Source of the DNA: the human T2T-CHM13v2.0 reference genome, Homo sapiens
Length of the DNA stretch: 64,000 nucleotides
Strand: one strand, 5' to 3'
Assembly: GCF_009914755.1 (NCBI RefSeq)
Contig: NC_060931.1
The notes under the pieces: model-generated
Told to the model about the DNA's origin: nothing
Databases searched by the model: none
What the model saw: only the letters and a program-made list of their open reading frames with translations
In this document: positions 1 through 17,802 of the stretch, piece by piece
How positions within the stretch are numbered: position 1 is the stretch's first letter
Layout of the letters: each line of letters opens with the position of its first letter
Program-made: the position numbers and the translations under genes

Positions 1-435
1 TGAGATTATGGGTATTTTTTCTTTTCACTTTGCTTGAAAGTTTTACAGTGAACTATGTGTTCAGTTTTTTTATTCAGAAAATTGTTTCAAAACACTATAA
101 GGGTTAGTCAAAATAATTTAGTGAGAGTTTTAATCAAAGTATTACATTGGTCACCCAAGAAGTAAAGAAGATCACTGAGAGCTGTTCCTTTACATTTTGA
201 ATGAGAGGAGATGGTAAAAGACCCAGTAGTGGGTTCCTCTCTGTAGAAAAGAAGGGTCAGTATTTGGAGAGGGAAGGGTCCAGAAAGAAGCTACTAGAGG
301 CAGATACTTTGTTGGCTCTGCTGTGCTTTTAAATGATAAGGACAAATAGAAGCTGTGAGTAGTATTTTCATCTTACTGCAGAAAGAGGGAAATGATTCCT
401 ATGAATAACATTGTTACATTTACTTTTTAATTCTT

Positions 436-729
436 TTTTTTTTTGACGGAGTCTCACTCACTCTGTCACCCAGGCTGGAGTGTAGTGGCGCTATCTGGGC
501 TCACTGCAACCTCCCATCTCCTGGGTTCAAGGGATTCTGCTGCCTCAGCCTCCTTAGTAGCTAGGATTACAGGCACTGGCCACCACACCCAGCTGATTTT
601 TGTATTTTTATTAGAGACAGGGTTTCGCCATGTTGGCCTGGCTGGTCTCAAACTCCTGGCCTCAAGCAATCCATCCTCCTCAGCCTGTCAAACTGCTGGG
701 ATTACAGGCAAGAGTCACAGTGCCCAGCC
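436..729 (-). mobile_element. Alu (old; AluJb/Sz-like)
   Basis: Full dimer with perfect 15-bp TSD tactttttaattctt (421-435, 730-744). Confidence 0.95.
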
Positions 730-2530
730 TACTTTTTAATTCTTAAGATTGCTATATAGTTACTGTCTGGCCATCAGGTTACTAACATTGGTCCAGGGTT
801 GTCACTAAATATAAATTCAAATATCAAAAAATGAAGACTTTTTTTTTTGACAGCGGGGTAAGAGCTGCAGTAGCTTCTGAGATTTCAGATAAGATACTGA
901 AAGACCTCACCAGCATATCGTAACAACCAAACTGACTTTTGAAAATAATTATAAAATTTAGGTATGTGGAGCACAGAAAATCCTACGGAAACCTTTGAAG
1001 TTTTATTGTACTACTAAAAGAATTGCTTCACCAAAAACTTGTAATATCAGCAGTGTTGTGGTTTTTTTCGGTTTCGAAATATCCCTGGGCTATTTATAGT
1101 TCTGGGTCTTCTCTTAGAGAATTATCAGTGTCACATAAATGTTAAATTTTAAATAAATCATTCCTGAAGTTCATAAATAAAACCTGAATGCATCAAAAAA
1201 TACATACTTATATTCCAATAACTGTAGGAATCATCTCTTTGATATTCATAAACTTTCTGTTCTTTATTCCTTTTTGAGTAAGAGTTTGTTCATTCCAGTG
1301 GTTTTCACAGGAAGGTAGGTGGGGGGTGGTAATAATGCTTCCCAAAGTATTATAACAATATTCTCTACCTAATTGTGAATCACTGGTTTAGAACGCAGCA
1401 GAAATGGCAGCTTGCAGTGAGATTCAGAGCAAAGCATCTTTCAGCTCTGAAAGACTCTGACCACTGCTATAGCCTCTTAATGTATTCTTATGTATATTGG
1501 ATATGTTAAATAGAATTATTGTTCCCTTAGCTTATTTTATACAACTGAAATAACTTATTTTACATTTCTGTATTTTATTTAGTGGCTATCATATATGATC
1601 AATAATCATTGTTCAGTGGACTGCTGGGATTTGGTAAAGCTAGTATCTTTTGATGCTGATCTCATCTTTATCAGTTTCAGCAATCAAACATTTTCCTGAT
1701 ATGTTTTAACTTTAGTTATCTTACTGAAAATTATCACGTTCTATTTGAAAGGTATTATTTCTTAAATGCTTTAGGCTGTATAGAATCAGAATTGAGAATG
1801 AGAAAAGATTGGAGAATAAAGTGGGAATACAGAAAGGACAATGCACAACCCTTTAATAATTGCTAGCATGTGATTAGCTTTTGCTGCCTTTTTTTCTCTC
1901 TTTCTCTTGCCTACTTCTAAACATCCCCTTCATTTTCTTCTCTTTTCCATTTTATCTATTCCTTTTTCACTGTTAGGGGATATTGGCTGACTAGGAAAAT
2001 AGTAGAAGGTTTGAGGCTTCGGACCTGAGAGTCATGGAGGGAAAGAAAGTTTTCCCTAGTATTGATATTTCCTTTTTCCAGAAAGGAGATGTCAGCCCAC
2101 TGAACTTTCAAAATAGCAGGGGTGGCAGCTTGCCCCAGCCAAGACCTTCACCAAGATTTCCCTGGATGCTCCCACAGACGAGTGAAATTCTCAAGCATCA
2201 GGAACTAACCCTTTTCTTTTATAGGGACAGATATGCATTTTTGTTAACTCTGACCCAGTTAAGACCCATTCATATCAATCTGAATGATTTTGTGTGCCTA
2301 TTCTAGAAAGTCAAAGGTACCTCATGACAATTTGCCATGAAAGTGAATTTAATTTTCCTATAAATCAAATCCATCAGGAAAATACCTCTTAGTAAGTCAC
2401 AGCTTTTCAACTAGTGTCCAGAGAAAGTGACCATGTATGAAAGTACAAAAATGGAAAGGAAGCAGAGTTGACCTTCAGGAAAGAAAAGCTCATTTTAGAT
2501 TTAGGGGGAAAGTATACCATATGCCTGCAT

Positions 2531-2566
2531 GCACACACACGCACACACAAACACACACACACACAC
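2531..2566. repeat. Interrupted (CA)n microsatellite
   Basis: gcacacacacgcacacacaaacacacacacacac. Confidence 0.9.
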
Positions 2567-4174
2567 AAAACACAGCTTAGTGACTGAGTATTTTGAATCA
2601 GTTTTTGAACTGGAAAGCTGTAGGGCTTAATTTTTTTTTTTTTAATTTGTTTAATTTGAATAGGACTTACCATGAGGTAAAGAACAGTTTTTCTCAGGAG
2701 CTTGGAATTCCTAATTAGTATTATCTATATCTTCCTTGAGGACTTACAATGTGTTGCTTTTTGTCTTTTTCTGTTTGCATATGAGATCATTTGGTAAACA
2801 CTAGATCATTAGCCCACATAGGATCATTTGGTAAACACTAGAAATTTGGAGTGATTTTATAACACAAGAAGTACAAAAAAAGTGTATAGATTATTGTTCC
2901 TGAAACTTTTTTGCATATTTAAAATTAAAAGCACAAAGTAGAAAATATTTTAGAATCATGATAACTACCTACCTTCAGATCAGAGTAAAATGTACCAAAA
3001 CCATGGTGTATTTTAATGCATATAATTGTTCCTTGGCTTGCTTATTTTGATTTACTCTCAATTTTTTTAAGATTACTGATTATCTGTTTTATGTGGTTTG
3101 TATAAACATCTGGTTTGGTTTCATTGATTGCCACTTAATAACTTTAGATAAACAGTCAGTTGGGCATTTTGTTTTAATCTAGATTTTTGAGGAGTTTCTT
3201 CACTTTTAAGATTCTACATCTCTACACCATGCAGTCAACCCACAGAAGTGTAAGCTAAACAACTACTTACTGTCTTAAGCTTCTGTGTGTTGGGACAGTT
3301 TGTTATCTGGCATTAATATGATAATACCTGACTGATACACCTTGATTTGTCAGTATTCAAATATAATTGCCTCTTGTTAGTCATTAGTATAGAACCATAT
3401 GGACAATGAATGACAAGACCTTGAATTTGTTCATGATCTTATTCCTAGGATGCGTTATCAAATTAAATTTTAAAATACAATGGATTTTTTTTGTTTTTTT
3501 TTTGTTTGTTTTACAATTTGCTGTAAATAAAAGACTCTACATCTCTTTGATATCAGTGTCTTTTTTCCATGAATGAATACCCCAAATCATAAGATGGGGA
3601 ATCTTGAGTGGTACTATGTTACCTTTCTCCATTTAATATGTTTATCTCACTGTATGGCATTTATGTGTCTGGATTTTGGGGGGAATAAATTATTCTAGGA
3701 CAATTAGTTGTAAAGCATGTTTTGGTAAACCAAACACTATTTTATTATTGTTTTGCAGGAAAAAAACACTGGAACTGTATCAGGGAGGTACAAAGCCTCA
3801 TTGTTAACATGGTTGTTAACTTGAGGTAGAAACAGTTAAGATAGCCAGTCATTTATCACAGTGGACATTGGCATATGCAAGAAGACTTGTAGCACTTCAC
3901 TAAAGAGGATGCCTTGGTAGAAAAAAAGGTTTTGGGTCATAGCTTTCTTATCTCTAAAGTGGGTTTTTGATTCTAGGTCCTTTCTAGCTGTAAGCCATGA
4001 TATACTGTACCAGAAGCACTTTTTCAATATGTGGGATGCCTTTGTTCCCTAATCCCACCTTCTTTATCAAGGGTTTATCAAAATCTAGAAGCTGAGCTGT
4101 ATTATCAGACTTTGCCAGTAGATACCTTTGTCTGTCCCAGTGTATTATTCTTCCCTAAAAATACTTTGTTATAT

Positions 4175-4901
4175 TCAGGTACTTCTACTCTAATACCATA
4201 TTTGTGTTGCTGAAAAACTTTGCATTCCACAAAATCACACAATAAGAATAATAGAGATCATATGGGGGAAGAGGGCTAGGGACAGATCGTTCAAAACCAA
4301 TGGAACTTTGTAACCAGAGCAATCCTAATAAAAAGAATAACATGGTTAAGTCTCCACTGGATTCGCATCCAGAATCAGTCCAGTTAAGTAATCCCCATAA
4401 AAAAAGCGTAATATGGTTAATTCTTCACTGGATTTGCACCCACAATCGTAGTCCAGTTGATTCTTTGCATCCTTGAATTCTAGGATTCATGCTTCCTTCT
4501 TCAAAATGTAGGTCCTTGGGGGCACTTACATCAAATTGAGGTCAGTTTCATCAAAATTAAATATCTAACCCTGGGTATAGACCTCTGTCAGTCAGGTGTT
4601 TTTAAAACCCAGGAAGAAATGCCTTTGAGGGATCTTCATCCTCATTCTTGGCTTTCTTGAAAATGTCCCTATTTGCTATAAGGAAGGACTTAGAATTTTC
4701 AGGAGTTGTGTTAAAGATCTGTATGTATTGCTGAGGCTTGCTTTTAATAATGAGAAAGCTCGGCCCTGATTGATTCAAACCACTGTTGTGCTGGCAAAAA
4801 TACATATGAACCAATACAACTTATATTGTATTCTGACATTATTCTTTAATTTATCAAATATATATGAGCAGACTCAAAGGAACATATATTAATAAAGACT
4901 G
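4175..4901 (-). mobile_element. Decayed TcMar-Tigger (pogo-type) DNA transposon with transposase remnant
   Basis: Minus strand ~4460-4567 reads *IFNFDETDLNLM*VPPRTYILKKEA*ILEFKDAK, resembling the pogo/Tigger FNxDETG...PxRT...GFK DDE motif. Ends are approximate. Confidence 0.7.
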
Positions 4902-5119
4902 TAGTCTAATTATGTTTCATAAATAATCATTTCTTTTTTTATCAGGTATCTACAAAATATAATATCTATCACAAAATATTTCTTCTTCCAAAACCTATAG
5001 AAAAGGTAATATGTTTTCCTAAAAACAGAAACCATTTTTTAACTCTTACTCTACATAGTGTCTATCTTCTTATACTAACTTATAAAGTTATAAAATTGAT
5101 CATATCAAGTTTTCATTAG

Positions 5120-5320
5120 AACAGTGGTTTGTGCTTTCACATAAAGCATATCTCTGTCTAAGCAGCTGGGAGTAGCAAAAAATAAAATAAAAATAAAAAT
5201 AAAATAAAATACAAAACATATCCCAGCCATACATTAGAATCTCTGTGTAAAAAAATCAGCATATTTTCAAAGCTCCCAAGTTGATTCATACATACTGTTA
5301 GGATTGAGAATTGTTGCCTG
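5120..5320. mobile_element. MER5-like hAT fragment containing an (AAAAT)n tract
   Basis: cagtggttt start and aagctcccaagttgattc...gattgagaattgttg end; AAAAT repeat at 5177-5218. Confidence 0.5.
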
Positions 5321-6066
5321 AAAGTAAAAATAATGGTATTCATTAGGATGTCATTTTCAGTAAAGTTCCATTTAGACATTCCATTGAAGCTAGTGCTAAT
5401 CAGATTAACTGCTGGCAGAATTCATTGTTAATTGTTATGAGTAATTTGCAACATGTACCATTTATGTAAACTAGACAACCTATTCTTTCAGAGATACGAG
5501 ATTTCTATCACCTTTTGGATTTATTTTTGTTATGTAAAACAGGAAATTTAATACCGTATCCAAAATGCTAGGAATAAAATCTGTTGTGTCTTGTTTTATT
5601 GTCCAGCATCATTTTATTCCCTCATCCTTCCTCTTTGAAGTCAAGTGATCTTTCTGATGTGGTCACATATTTGTAGAGGATTCTGTTACATCATGGAGAT
5701 GGGATTTATGATACTTAATGTCACTGAGAACATAGAGTAATTGTCAGTAGACAAATAAATTGGAGAATTATATTTTTTAAGTGTCCTGAACATGACTGAA
5801 TCTCAGGTGTTTTGCAGGAGCTTTAAAAGACTGCTTATAACTACATTTTTTAAAAGCAGCCCAAATCCTGATGGGTCCAAGTAACTTGAAGAAAAAGGAT
5901 TTATTAAATACTTCAAAGTAAGGCCAAACCACCTGCCTTAGCAGGCAGGCATGTAACTGGAAATGGAGGACATGAATCTAGTGATTTAGTATCTTACTTG
6001 CTAGATATGGGCTATCTTAAAATTATACTTGGTTCTTTTTTTCTCCTCTGATGCTTCTGACATTCT

Positions 6067-7925
<1,859 letters not shown>

Positions 7926-8000
7926 CTGACATTCTAAAGTTGTGTTAGGTGTGTCTGTGAACATAACCACCCTCTCTGGTGGAAAAGATGTAGATTCTTC

Positions 8001-8046
8001 TGCACTCCAACCTCGGCAACAGAGCGAGACTCCGTCTAAAAAAAAA
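8001..8046 (+). mobile_element. Very short Alu 3' fragment
   Basis: tgcactccaacctcggcaacagagcgagactccgtct + A9. Confidence 0.85.
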
Positions 8047-8440
8047 TGTGGTTATTTGAGGTTAAGGTAGCTCTATTTTTTTTCTTCAATTGCTTGCTCC
8101 TCAGTATCTAGCAGAGCCTTTTGCCTGAAAGTGAACTAGAAGGGAGAATTACTTTCTAGGGAAATAAGTTCATAAAACTGTGATGATCAAATGAGTATCA
8201 GCTAAGACTTGCCTAATTTAAGAAAGTTTCTATCTCATATACTAGAACTAAAAGACAATTTATTAGTTTTCATTTTCAAATCGAGTCTTGCTTTATAGCA
8301 ATTATATATTAATATATAGTATGAGATATATATATATATATATCTTGTTAGAAAAGTTTGAGAAATTCACATGTTCAAAAATAAGAATTTAAATGAGTGG
8401 TTATATGGTACTTTCAAAAGTTTATTTTTTATTAATTTTC

Positions 8441-8836
<396 letters not shown>

Positions 8837-11349
8837 TAAGACATCAAACAGTAAAATAAAAATGTGTCATAGCTACTTAATTTTGTAAATAGGGATAATC
8901 TTAGCCCCATAACTCAGAAATTTATGATTCTATGTAAAACATTAATTATAATAGGGGGCATCAGATAGGTGATTTACAATTTTCTAGTTGCCAACTCATT
9001 TCATTAAAGTATTAACTAGACTACTATTTCCAAAGTAATACTCTGTCATATCAAATGAATTAAATTAGGTTAAATCCAACCTCTGTTAATGTACTGTGAA
9101 ATTTCCATTGGGCATCACTTATTTAGAAAGTATAACACAGGCCAATAACCAATCAAATCTATCTGTGTCAGAGTTTACCTTCCCTTCTTTTCTATCTCTT
9201 CCTCTATAGAACCAAATAAATAAAAGCACTTACCAGTCACTTTGTTCCCATTCTTGCCAAAAAGCCTTTTGTTTGTCAGTGTCTTTTGTTACATTGGCCA
9301 TCCTGTTCAGATCACTAGCTTGTTTGCAATGGGTTATTCTGGTTAATTAGATTTACCAGAACCAAGATTAGGATTTTAATGTCTTTTTTGCTTATTTTCC
9401 CCTTTACTGTTGAAAAATCATCCTACATTTATATTCCCAAATCCCTAATGTCTGCTCCTTCTACTGGTAGTAAGGAAATAACATTGAGAATTTAGTTCCT
9501 ATTAGTATCTGCCTCTTAAAACACAGTATACACCCAGCCTTGAATTCTACTTAGAGCCCCAGCATTCCTAGTCCTGGCCCTATCAAAGTAAGAACTCGTA
9601 GTAGTCTTAATTTGAATGCTCTGAAGTATCTTCAGTAGTGCACAGTAAAAGCAGTAGAGAAAATGAAATGTCTTTGATGTGAAAGAGTATGTAAAGTAAG
9701 CATATAACATATAGTATGGTCCTTCATCCTTCATTTCATTTCCTTTTAGATTCTAAATCTCACTGGCATTAAACAGTAGAGTTATAGAAAGTATTTCTAT
9801 AGAACTGAATATACTTGACCATATATGTTTTAAAGCGTATTTTTTAACACCAGAAATCTTGTCTGATTTAAATCTACAAATAAATCAATAATTTATCATA
9901 TTAAAGAGGGATTTGTTTTTAATCCATTTATTTTCTCTTCCTAGTATTTATTTCTATCATGAATTTATAATATTTCAAAAAGCTGCTTCCACATCGTTGT
10001 TACTGTTGCATTATTAACGTAGACACCACTGATTCCTCTTTATGAAATTGATTAAGAAGGTATCATGTATAAACCAGAAACATTCATAATCTATAGCCAA
10101 GAAATGTAACCATTGCACCATTAGTTTCCCACTTTTTTACCAAAGTTGCTTGAGAAAGGAAGTTTAACCACATTTTCATCATTAGGTAGTTTGAAACTAA
10201 GAAATGCCACACGGAAATGGGGCAGCAGTCAAAATCTTAGAATCTGCAGTGCTTTGCTGACATAAGAGGGAAAGGAGCTTCATCAGTGTTGTATTGTCAA
10301 CCATGTAATTCACCCATAGTATGGATAGGAAATCAAGCCATTTCTACAAAGAGGTCCACCTCAAGTCTACCAGATGGTTTGTTGCTGAGTCCATTTTTTA
10401 GTAGCTCCTGAACTCATTGAGAGTTTTCTAGACAAAAAGAATAGATTTGGAAATAACCAACTTCCCGGCCCATCGTGGGGGAATCTGATGGATGGATGGA
10501 TAGTACCTTGGGAATGTATAAGAAAGAAATGTCTGGGTATTTCTAGAAAGGTTGGACATGTTAATAGCTTTAATATTTTGGTAGGATAGTTGCCAAATAT
10601 TCTTATTCAACCCCTGCGTGTCTCATCTTTGCTATTGCTTATGCTTGCTTATAAATTGAACAAATGGGCTTCCCTAGAAACTGTCGGATGACAAAAGATG
10701 CTACAAAGCTTAACACCTAAAACAGAGTTTTCTTTATAGAATGAGAATGTAAAAATAAAAATTTGGACGGGGAGCAAAAGACTTGTTTTCCCTGAGTCTA
10801 TGTGGAAAAATTTGTTGCCTTTTCTCAAATAAATTTTTGTTGTAGACAGGATGCAGTAATCTAGCCCTATTAGAGACTTTCCAGAATATATAACCCCATA
10901 ATTTTAGAACCCACTCCTATTAATTATAGTAAATTATAGAAAATTAATTATAGCAATTATTATTAGTAAATTGCTGTGTTTATGTAAAGGTAACATGTTA
11001 CTTCCAGAAACAGTAGTCCAAAGGGTTAACTTTAATGGTGGAGATTTCAGGCACTGTGATAACCAGATATTAAGAATTACATTTACCAAGGGTATTTATC
11101 TGTAGTTTCCATATTATGCCTTGTATAACTATGGCCTGTTCTGTCTTCAGGCTATTTCTGCTCTGACTGCAAAATGAGAATAACCAGAATGATGGTTATT
11201 TTAGTAAGTTATTTTGTTGTTTGAAATCCCAATTGAATGACACTATTCACTTACACATTATAAATAAAAATCGTGGATCAAATGATAGAAAATATAAGTA
11301 ACAGGATACATGATTTTTAAATTTTTATGGGTCCCCAGAACCCTTTTAA

Positions 11350-11664
<315 letters not shown>

Positions 11665-11817
11665 AAGAATCTATTAATATTAAATCAAGAGACTTTCTTC
11701 CCAGAAAAAATTAACATACACACAGTATTTATATAGTTTCCCATTGAATTCCCGAAACCCCAGTCTCTCAATCAAGTGCCCACTGACCTCAGGTTAAGAA
11801 CATCTGCATAAATTCGA

Positions 11818-12021
11818 TCTGTCTTGTCTAATAGACTAGTCAATAGCCACTTGTGGCTATTAAATTTAAATTAATTAAAACTAAATTAAAATTCAATTTC
11901 CAAGTCTCACTATTCATGTTTTAAATGCTCAATCTCCGCATGTGCCTAATAGCTACCATTGTTCGACAGAGTAGATATAGAGCATTTTTTTCATCACAGA
12001 AAGTTATGTTGAGCAGCATCA
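11818..12021 (-). mobile_element. MER3-like hAT-Charlie element
   Basis: tagccacttgtggctattaaatttaaattaattaaa...gatatagagcatttt...cacagaaagtt pattern. Confidence 0.7.
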
Positions 12022-12559
12022 GGTTAGATGATTTTAAAATAGCCTATTTGTCTTATCATTATATTTATTTACCTATATGTGTTTATATAAAACTACATAG
12101 TTTGAAAACCCAGAATAGATATTGTAAAAATATCAGTCTCTTTTAGGCACCAAATACAAATCTATTGCTAAAACATATGTTTGACTAAAAGTAAGGCAGC
12201 AGGCTAACTTAGCTAGGCCTTCAGGACTGCCATAGGATCATTTGTTTTTTATCTTTTGTCTCCAAAAGATTGCATTCTCCATAGTGGTAGTTCCAAATCT
12301 TTTCCCCTTTTTTTAACCTTTGTCTTCAATATGAACAGAGCTTATCTCATATTCTCAGAAAACTGAGGCTATCAATATAAATCCCTTCACTTTTCCTTAT
12401 GTCTGTATCAAAAATTTCCTTGTGTTTTCTCCCTTGTCTCTTAATTTAATGTTCTGCAGAAATAACAAAGTGATGAACAGAATGCAAAAGCCTTAGAATT
12501 TCAACAGTATAGTCAGGACCTAATAGTAGATATTTGGGAAGTAGGCTTATTCTGTTTTA

Positions 12560-12604
12560 TTGAAAGTGATGGCAAAAACAGCAATTACTTTTGCACCAAC
12601 CTAA
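12560..12604. mobile_element. Half MADE1 (mariner MITE)
   Basis: atggcaaaaacagcaattacttttgcaccaacctaa matches the Hsmar1/MADE1 terminal inverted repeat. Confidence 0.88.
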
Positions 12605-12789
12605 CCTCGGCTTCACTCTTATGTGATTTAATTCTTTAAATCTGTGTTGGGGCCCTAGAGTGTTTATTTTTAATTAATCCATAGGAATTGCTAATAGATA
12701 TCAGTGCATATGATGCCCATCTCTCTTCATCCTCAAACATAAAACCATTCTCCTTATTACCAGGATTAGTGATAGGAACTAACCTATAA

Positions 12790-13000
12790 TTGACCATGTG
12801 TGTCAGACACTCATGTGCTTTACATTAATTTCTTTGTTTAACACTTAGAACAACTCTGTCGGGTGGAACACTCTATCAGGTGGATATTTTGATTAATTCA
12901 TTTTATGTTGTGGAAACAGGCTAAGAAAGGTTAAATAACTTGGTCAGGGTTGGTTAATGGGAAGTAATGGGACCATAATTCCTCCAGCCTTGACTTTTCT
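12790..13000 (-). mobile_element. MIR
   Basis: ttttatgttgtggaaacaggctaagaaaggttaaataacttggtcaggg core. Confidence 0.65.
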
Positions 13001-13013
13001 CTCCTGCTCTCCA

Positions 13014-14365
13014 TTTTTTAAAATTATGGTTAAAAAAAATACATAACATGAAATCTATCCTCTTCACAAATTTTTTAATGTACACTACTATTAAGTATAT
13101 GTACATTATTGTACAACAGATCTCTAGAACTTTTTCATCTTCCATTACTGAAATTCCATACTCATTAAACAGTAATTCCCCTTTTCCCCACTTTCCCCAG
13201 CCCTGGCAACCACCATTCTACTTTCTGCTTCAGTAAGTTTGACTACATACCTCATATAAGTAGAATCGTGTAGTTCGTTTTCCTTCTGTGACTGGCTTAT
13301 TTCTCTTATAATATCTTCAAGGTTCATTCCTTTTAAAAAAGGCTGAATACTATTCATTGTATTTAAATACTACATTTTCTTTGTCTATACATCTATTATT
13401 TCTGCCTCTTGGCTATTCTGAGTAATGCTTCAATGAATATAAAAGTACAAATATTTCTTTGAGATCTTGTTTTCAATTCTTTTGGATAAATAACCAGAAG
13501 TGGGGTGGCTGGCTCATATGATAGTTCTATTTTTAATTTTTTGAAGAACCTCCGAATTGGTTTTGATAGCATAAGGTGCATCACTTTACATTCCCACCAA
13601 CAGTACACAAGGTTATCAATGTATCTACATCCTTGCCAACACATGTGATTTTCTGGGTTTTTTTTAGTAATAGCCATCTTAGGAGGTACGAGATGATATC
13701 TCATTGTGGTTTTGATTTCCCTTTCCCTGGTGATTAGCACCTTTTCATATACCTGTTGGATGTTCGTATGTCTTCTTTGAAGAAATGTGTATTCCAGTCC
13801 TTTGCTTATTTTTTAATTTGGTTTATTTGGGTTTTATGCTACTGAGTTGTATGAGTTTTTAATATACAGCTGACCCTTGAACAATTCAGGGATTAGGGTC
13901 ACCAGCTCCCTGCCTAGTCGAAAATCTTGTGTATAACTTTTTACTCCCTTAAAAGGTAAGGAGCCTACTGTTGACCAGAACATAACAGTCAATTCACACG
14001 TATTTTGTATATATATTATATACGGCATTTCTAACTATAAAATAAGCTAGAAAAAAGAAATATTTTTAAAAAACATAAGAGAAAATATATTTACTACTCA
14101 AGAAGTGGAAGTGGATCGTCATAAAGGTCTTTATCCTCATTGTCTTCCACTTGAGTAGGCTAAGGAGAAGGATGGATTGGTTGTGCTGTTTCAGGTGTGG
14201 CTGAGGCTGAAGATATGGACAAAGTGGAAGGGGATGCAGGAGAGATGGGCACACTAGGTGTAAACTTCTATTGAAATAAATTCCTGTGTAATTTATTTCC
14301 TGGATGTGCATAGTTCAAATTCGTGTTCTTTGAGGGTCAACTGCATGCTGGATATAAATCCCTTT
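13014..14365 (-). mobile_element. L1MA/L1MB 3' region interrupted by Tigger2
   Basis: ccccagcccctggcaaccaccattctactttctg 3' UTR. ORF2 C-terminal remnant (ORF 13396-13740: REIKTTMRYHLVP...CWWECK). Confidence 0.88.
13867..14343. mobile_element. Tigger2/MER28-type DNA transposon
   Basis: TIRs cagctgacccttgaa ... tttgagggtcaactg, inserted after TA inside the L1. Confidence 0.85.
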
Positions 14366-14782
14366 TTGTTGACTCAGAGCAGCGTGTGGGAGGCTTAGCT
14401 TCAGTGCAAATGGGATTTCAGGGCACCACACCTGAGGTCCTCTTGTCAATTATGCTCATGGCAACAGGAGCTTTGAATGGCACGTTTCCATGGCCATTAC
14501 ACCTACTGAATCAGGATCTGCATTTTAACAAAACCTACAAGTGATTTATGTGCACATTGAAGAAGTATGAGAAGCGCTTCCCTAGAATAATAATTTGACA
14601 CTTTGAGGGTCTTCCCCAGAATCAATAAAAATGTTAATAATCAGCATAGAATCTCCTAAAAAATTCAACTTCCTTGGAATGGTGTTTTTTTACAGTTCAT
14701 TTGAACAGAGTTGCTGTTCAAAGTGAGAACTAGAGCAGATAATTTGTTGTTAATGTGTAACACATGTGCAAAGTGGATTTAG

Positions 14783-15232
<450 letters not shown>

Positions 15233-15996
15233 TAAGATATAAATGTGACACTTGTAGTGACAGCTGGAAGTAATCTGTCAGACAAATCTTACTGAATTAT
15301 GTCTGCTCTCCAGTGCTTAGTAATTTAGAGACTCTCTGTTGGACAGAATAGACTGTCAGATAAGCCTTGCCGCAAGGCCATGTCACCTAATTTATGGGCT
15401 TTTCCTTAGGTTTAAAATACCCACACTGTTATATGATCAGGATATTCACAATCCTCGTGTGATCATCCTCTGAACCACTGATTTCCAGGCAGTGGTCTAG
15501 GGACTACGGCTTGGTAAAAATTACATTTTCTAAGTCTACAGTAAGGTCTTGAAGTCAGTATTTTTTAAAAAGCTCTCCAGGTGATAAAACTCAAATTTGG
15601 AAACCACTGCTCTAAGCTAAAATGTATTCAGGATTCAGGTCTATCTCATATAAACATCCTCTGGTAGAGTGGTATTACTTACTCTGAATTCCAAATGCCA
15701 CTTGTTCCTTGCTTACTGGGGAGTATACTTACATGAAGAGTGAAAAAATAATTTAAAAATTTCTAATTTAATATAACATACTTTTATTACTCTCAGCAAT
15801 ATTTATTGTTATCTTAGAATTCAATGTAATTTTTACATCATTGCTTATTATTTACTAGTGGGCCTGTTACGCCAAGGCCCATAGCACTAAACATCTGGCT
15901 GTAAATATAGTTGGACTACGCACAATCTCAGGCAGAGAAAGTTCCCCTAAAGACAGCCACAGGTGTTCCCTGAAACAGGACTTTCCTAGAAACTGA

Positions 15997-16425
<429 letters not shown>

Positions 16426-17044
16426 TAAGACTTAGTCCTTGACCTTAAGGAGTTCACAGACTAGCACAGTAATAGAGGTATACACATAAATAATTAATTA
16501 CAACAGAGATATTTGCTCTTGTTGGGCATGGAGAGATGGGGTGGGCCAAGCCCACAGGAGAACCTGGAGAAGGGCCTGGAAGACAGAATAGTACAAATGC
16601 ATCACATAAGACACCAGTCTGTGCTGCCCTTATGTATCGGACATAAGAGGAATGTCTAACTTCTGAACAGCTCAAGTGAGTACATTTAAAATATAATTTA
16701 TTATCCTTCCCTGCCATAAAACAAACAAAACCTGCTTTTCTACATGTATTCCTTGACTAGTGACTGGCACTTCATTTTGTGCTATCTCCCCAGCCAGGAA
16801 CATGGGAGGCTTCGCCTTAACTCCCTGTAGCCAGTCAGTAATCAAGAACTGTACATTTAACCTCTATCCCTCTCCTCTCCTCTATCCACTGCTATTGCTG
16901 CTGCCTCAGACAAGCCCTCAGGCTTAGACACTGCAGTAGTTTCCCACCTGGTCTCCCTAGATTGAGACCTTCCTCTTTCCAGTCCATTCTCATATCAGTT
17001 TAGAACATAAGTGGCTTTACTTCCTATAGGAAAAGATCTAAACT

Positions 17045-17290
17045 CTTATGTATTAGTTAAGAGTGCTAAAGTGTAAGCAAGACTGGTTGGATTCAAACCC
17101 TGGCTTCATCACTTGATAGCTGCAGGCAGGTCATTTCACCTCTCACCCCCTCAGTTCCTTCATCTGTAAAACAGAGATGGAAGTGGAATCTCCTTCATAG
17201 GGTTATTGTGAGGGTTAATTGAGTTAATACTGTACATGTGAAGTTAACAATGCCTGGCACAAAATAAATACACAATGATTATATTAGTCA
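17045..17290 (+). mobile_element. MIR
   Basis: ggattcaaaccctggcttc...cctcagttccttcatctgtaaaacagagat...tgcctggcaca. Confidence 0.8.
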
Positions 17291-17528
17291 TAGTGGGGTA
17301 GCAGGTTAATTCAGTGTACATGCCAGGTAAATAAAGACAACTAGGACTTACTTTGCCTTCTAAGGGCTAACAGCCTGAAGTGGGGCAAAGAAGATGAAGA
17401 GATAAACAAATTACTCCATATGATCAATGCTGTTATAATTTTGAGCAAGGTGCCAAAAAATCATTTGGGAATCAGAGAAAACTTTAAAATCTTCTTATCT
17501 AAAAATGTTATATTAAAACTTATTTTCT

Positions 17529-17802
<274 letters not shown>

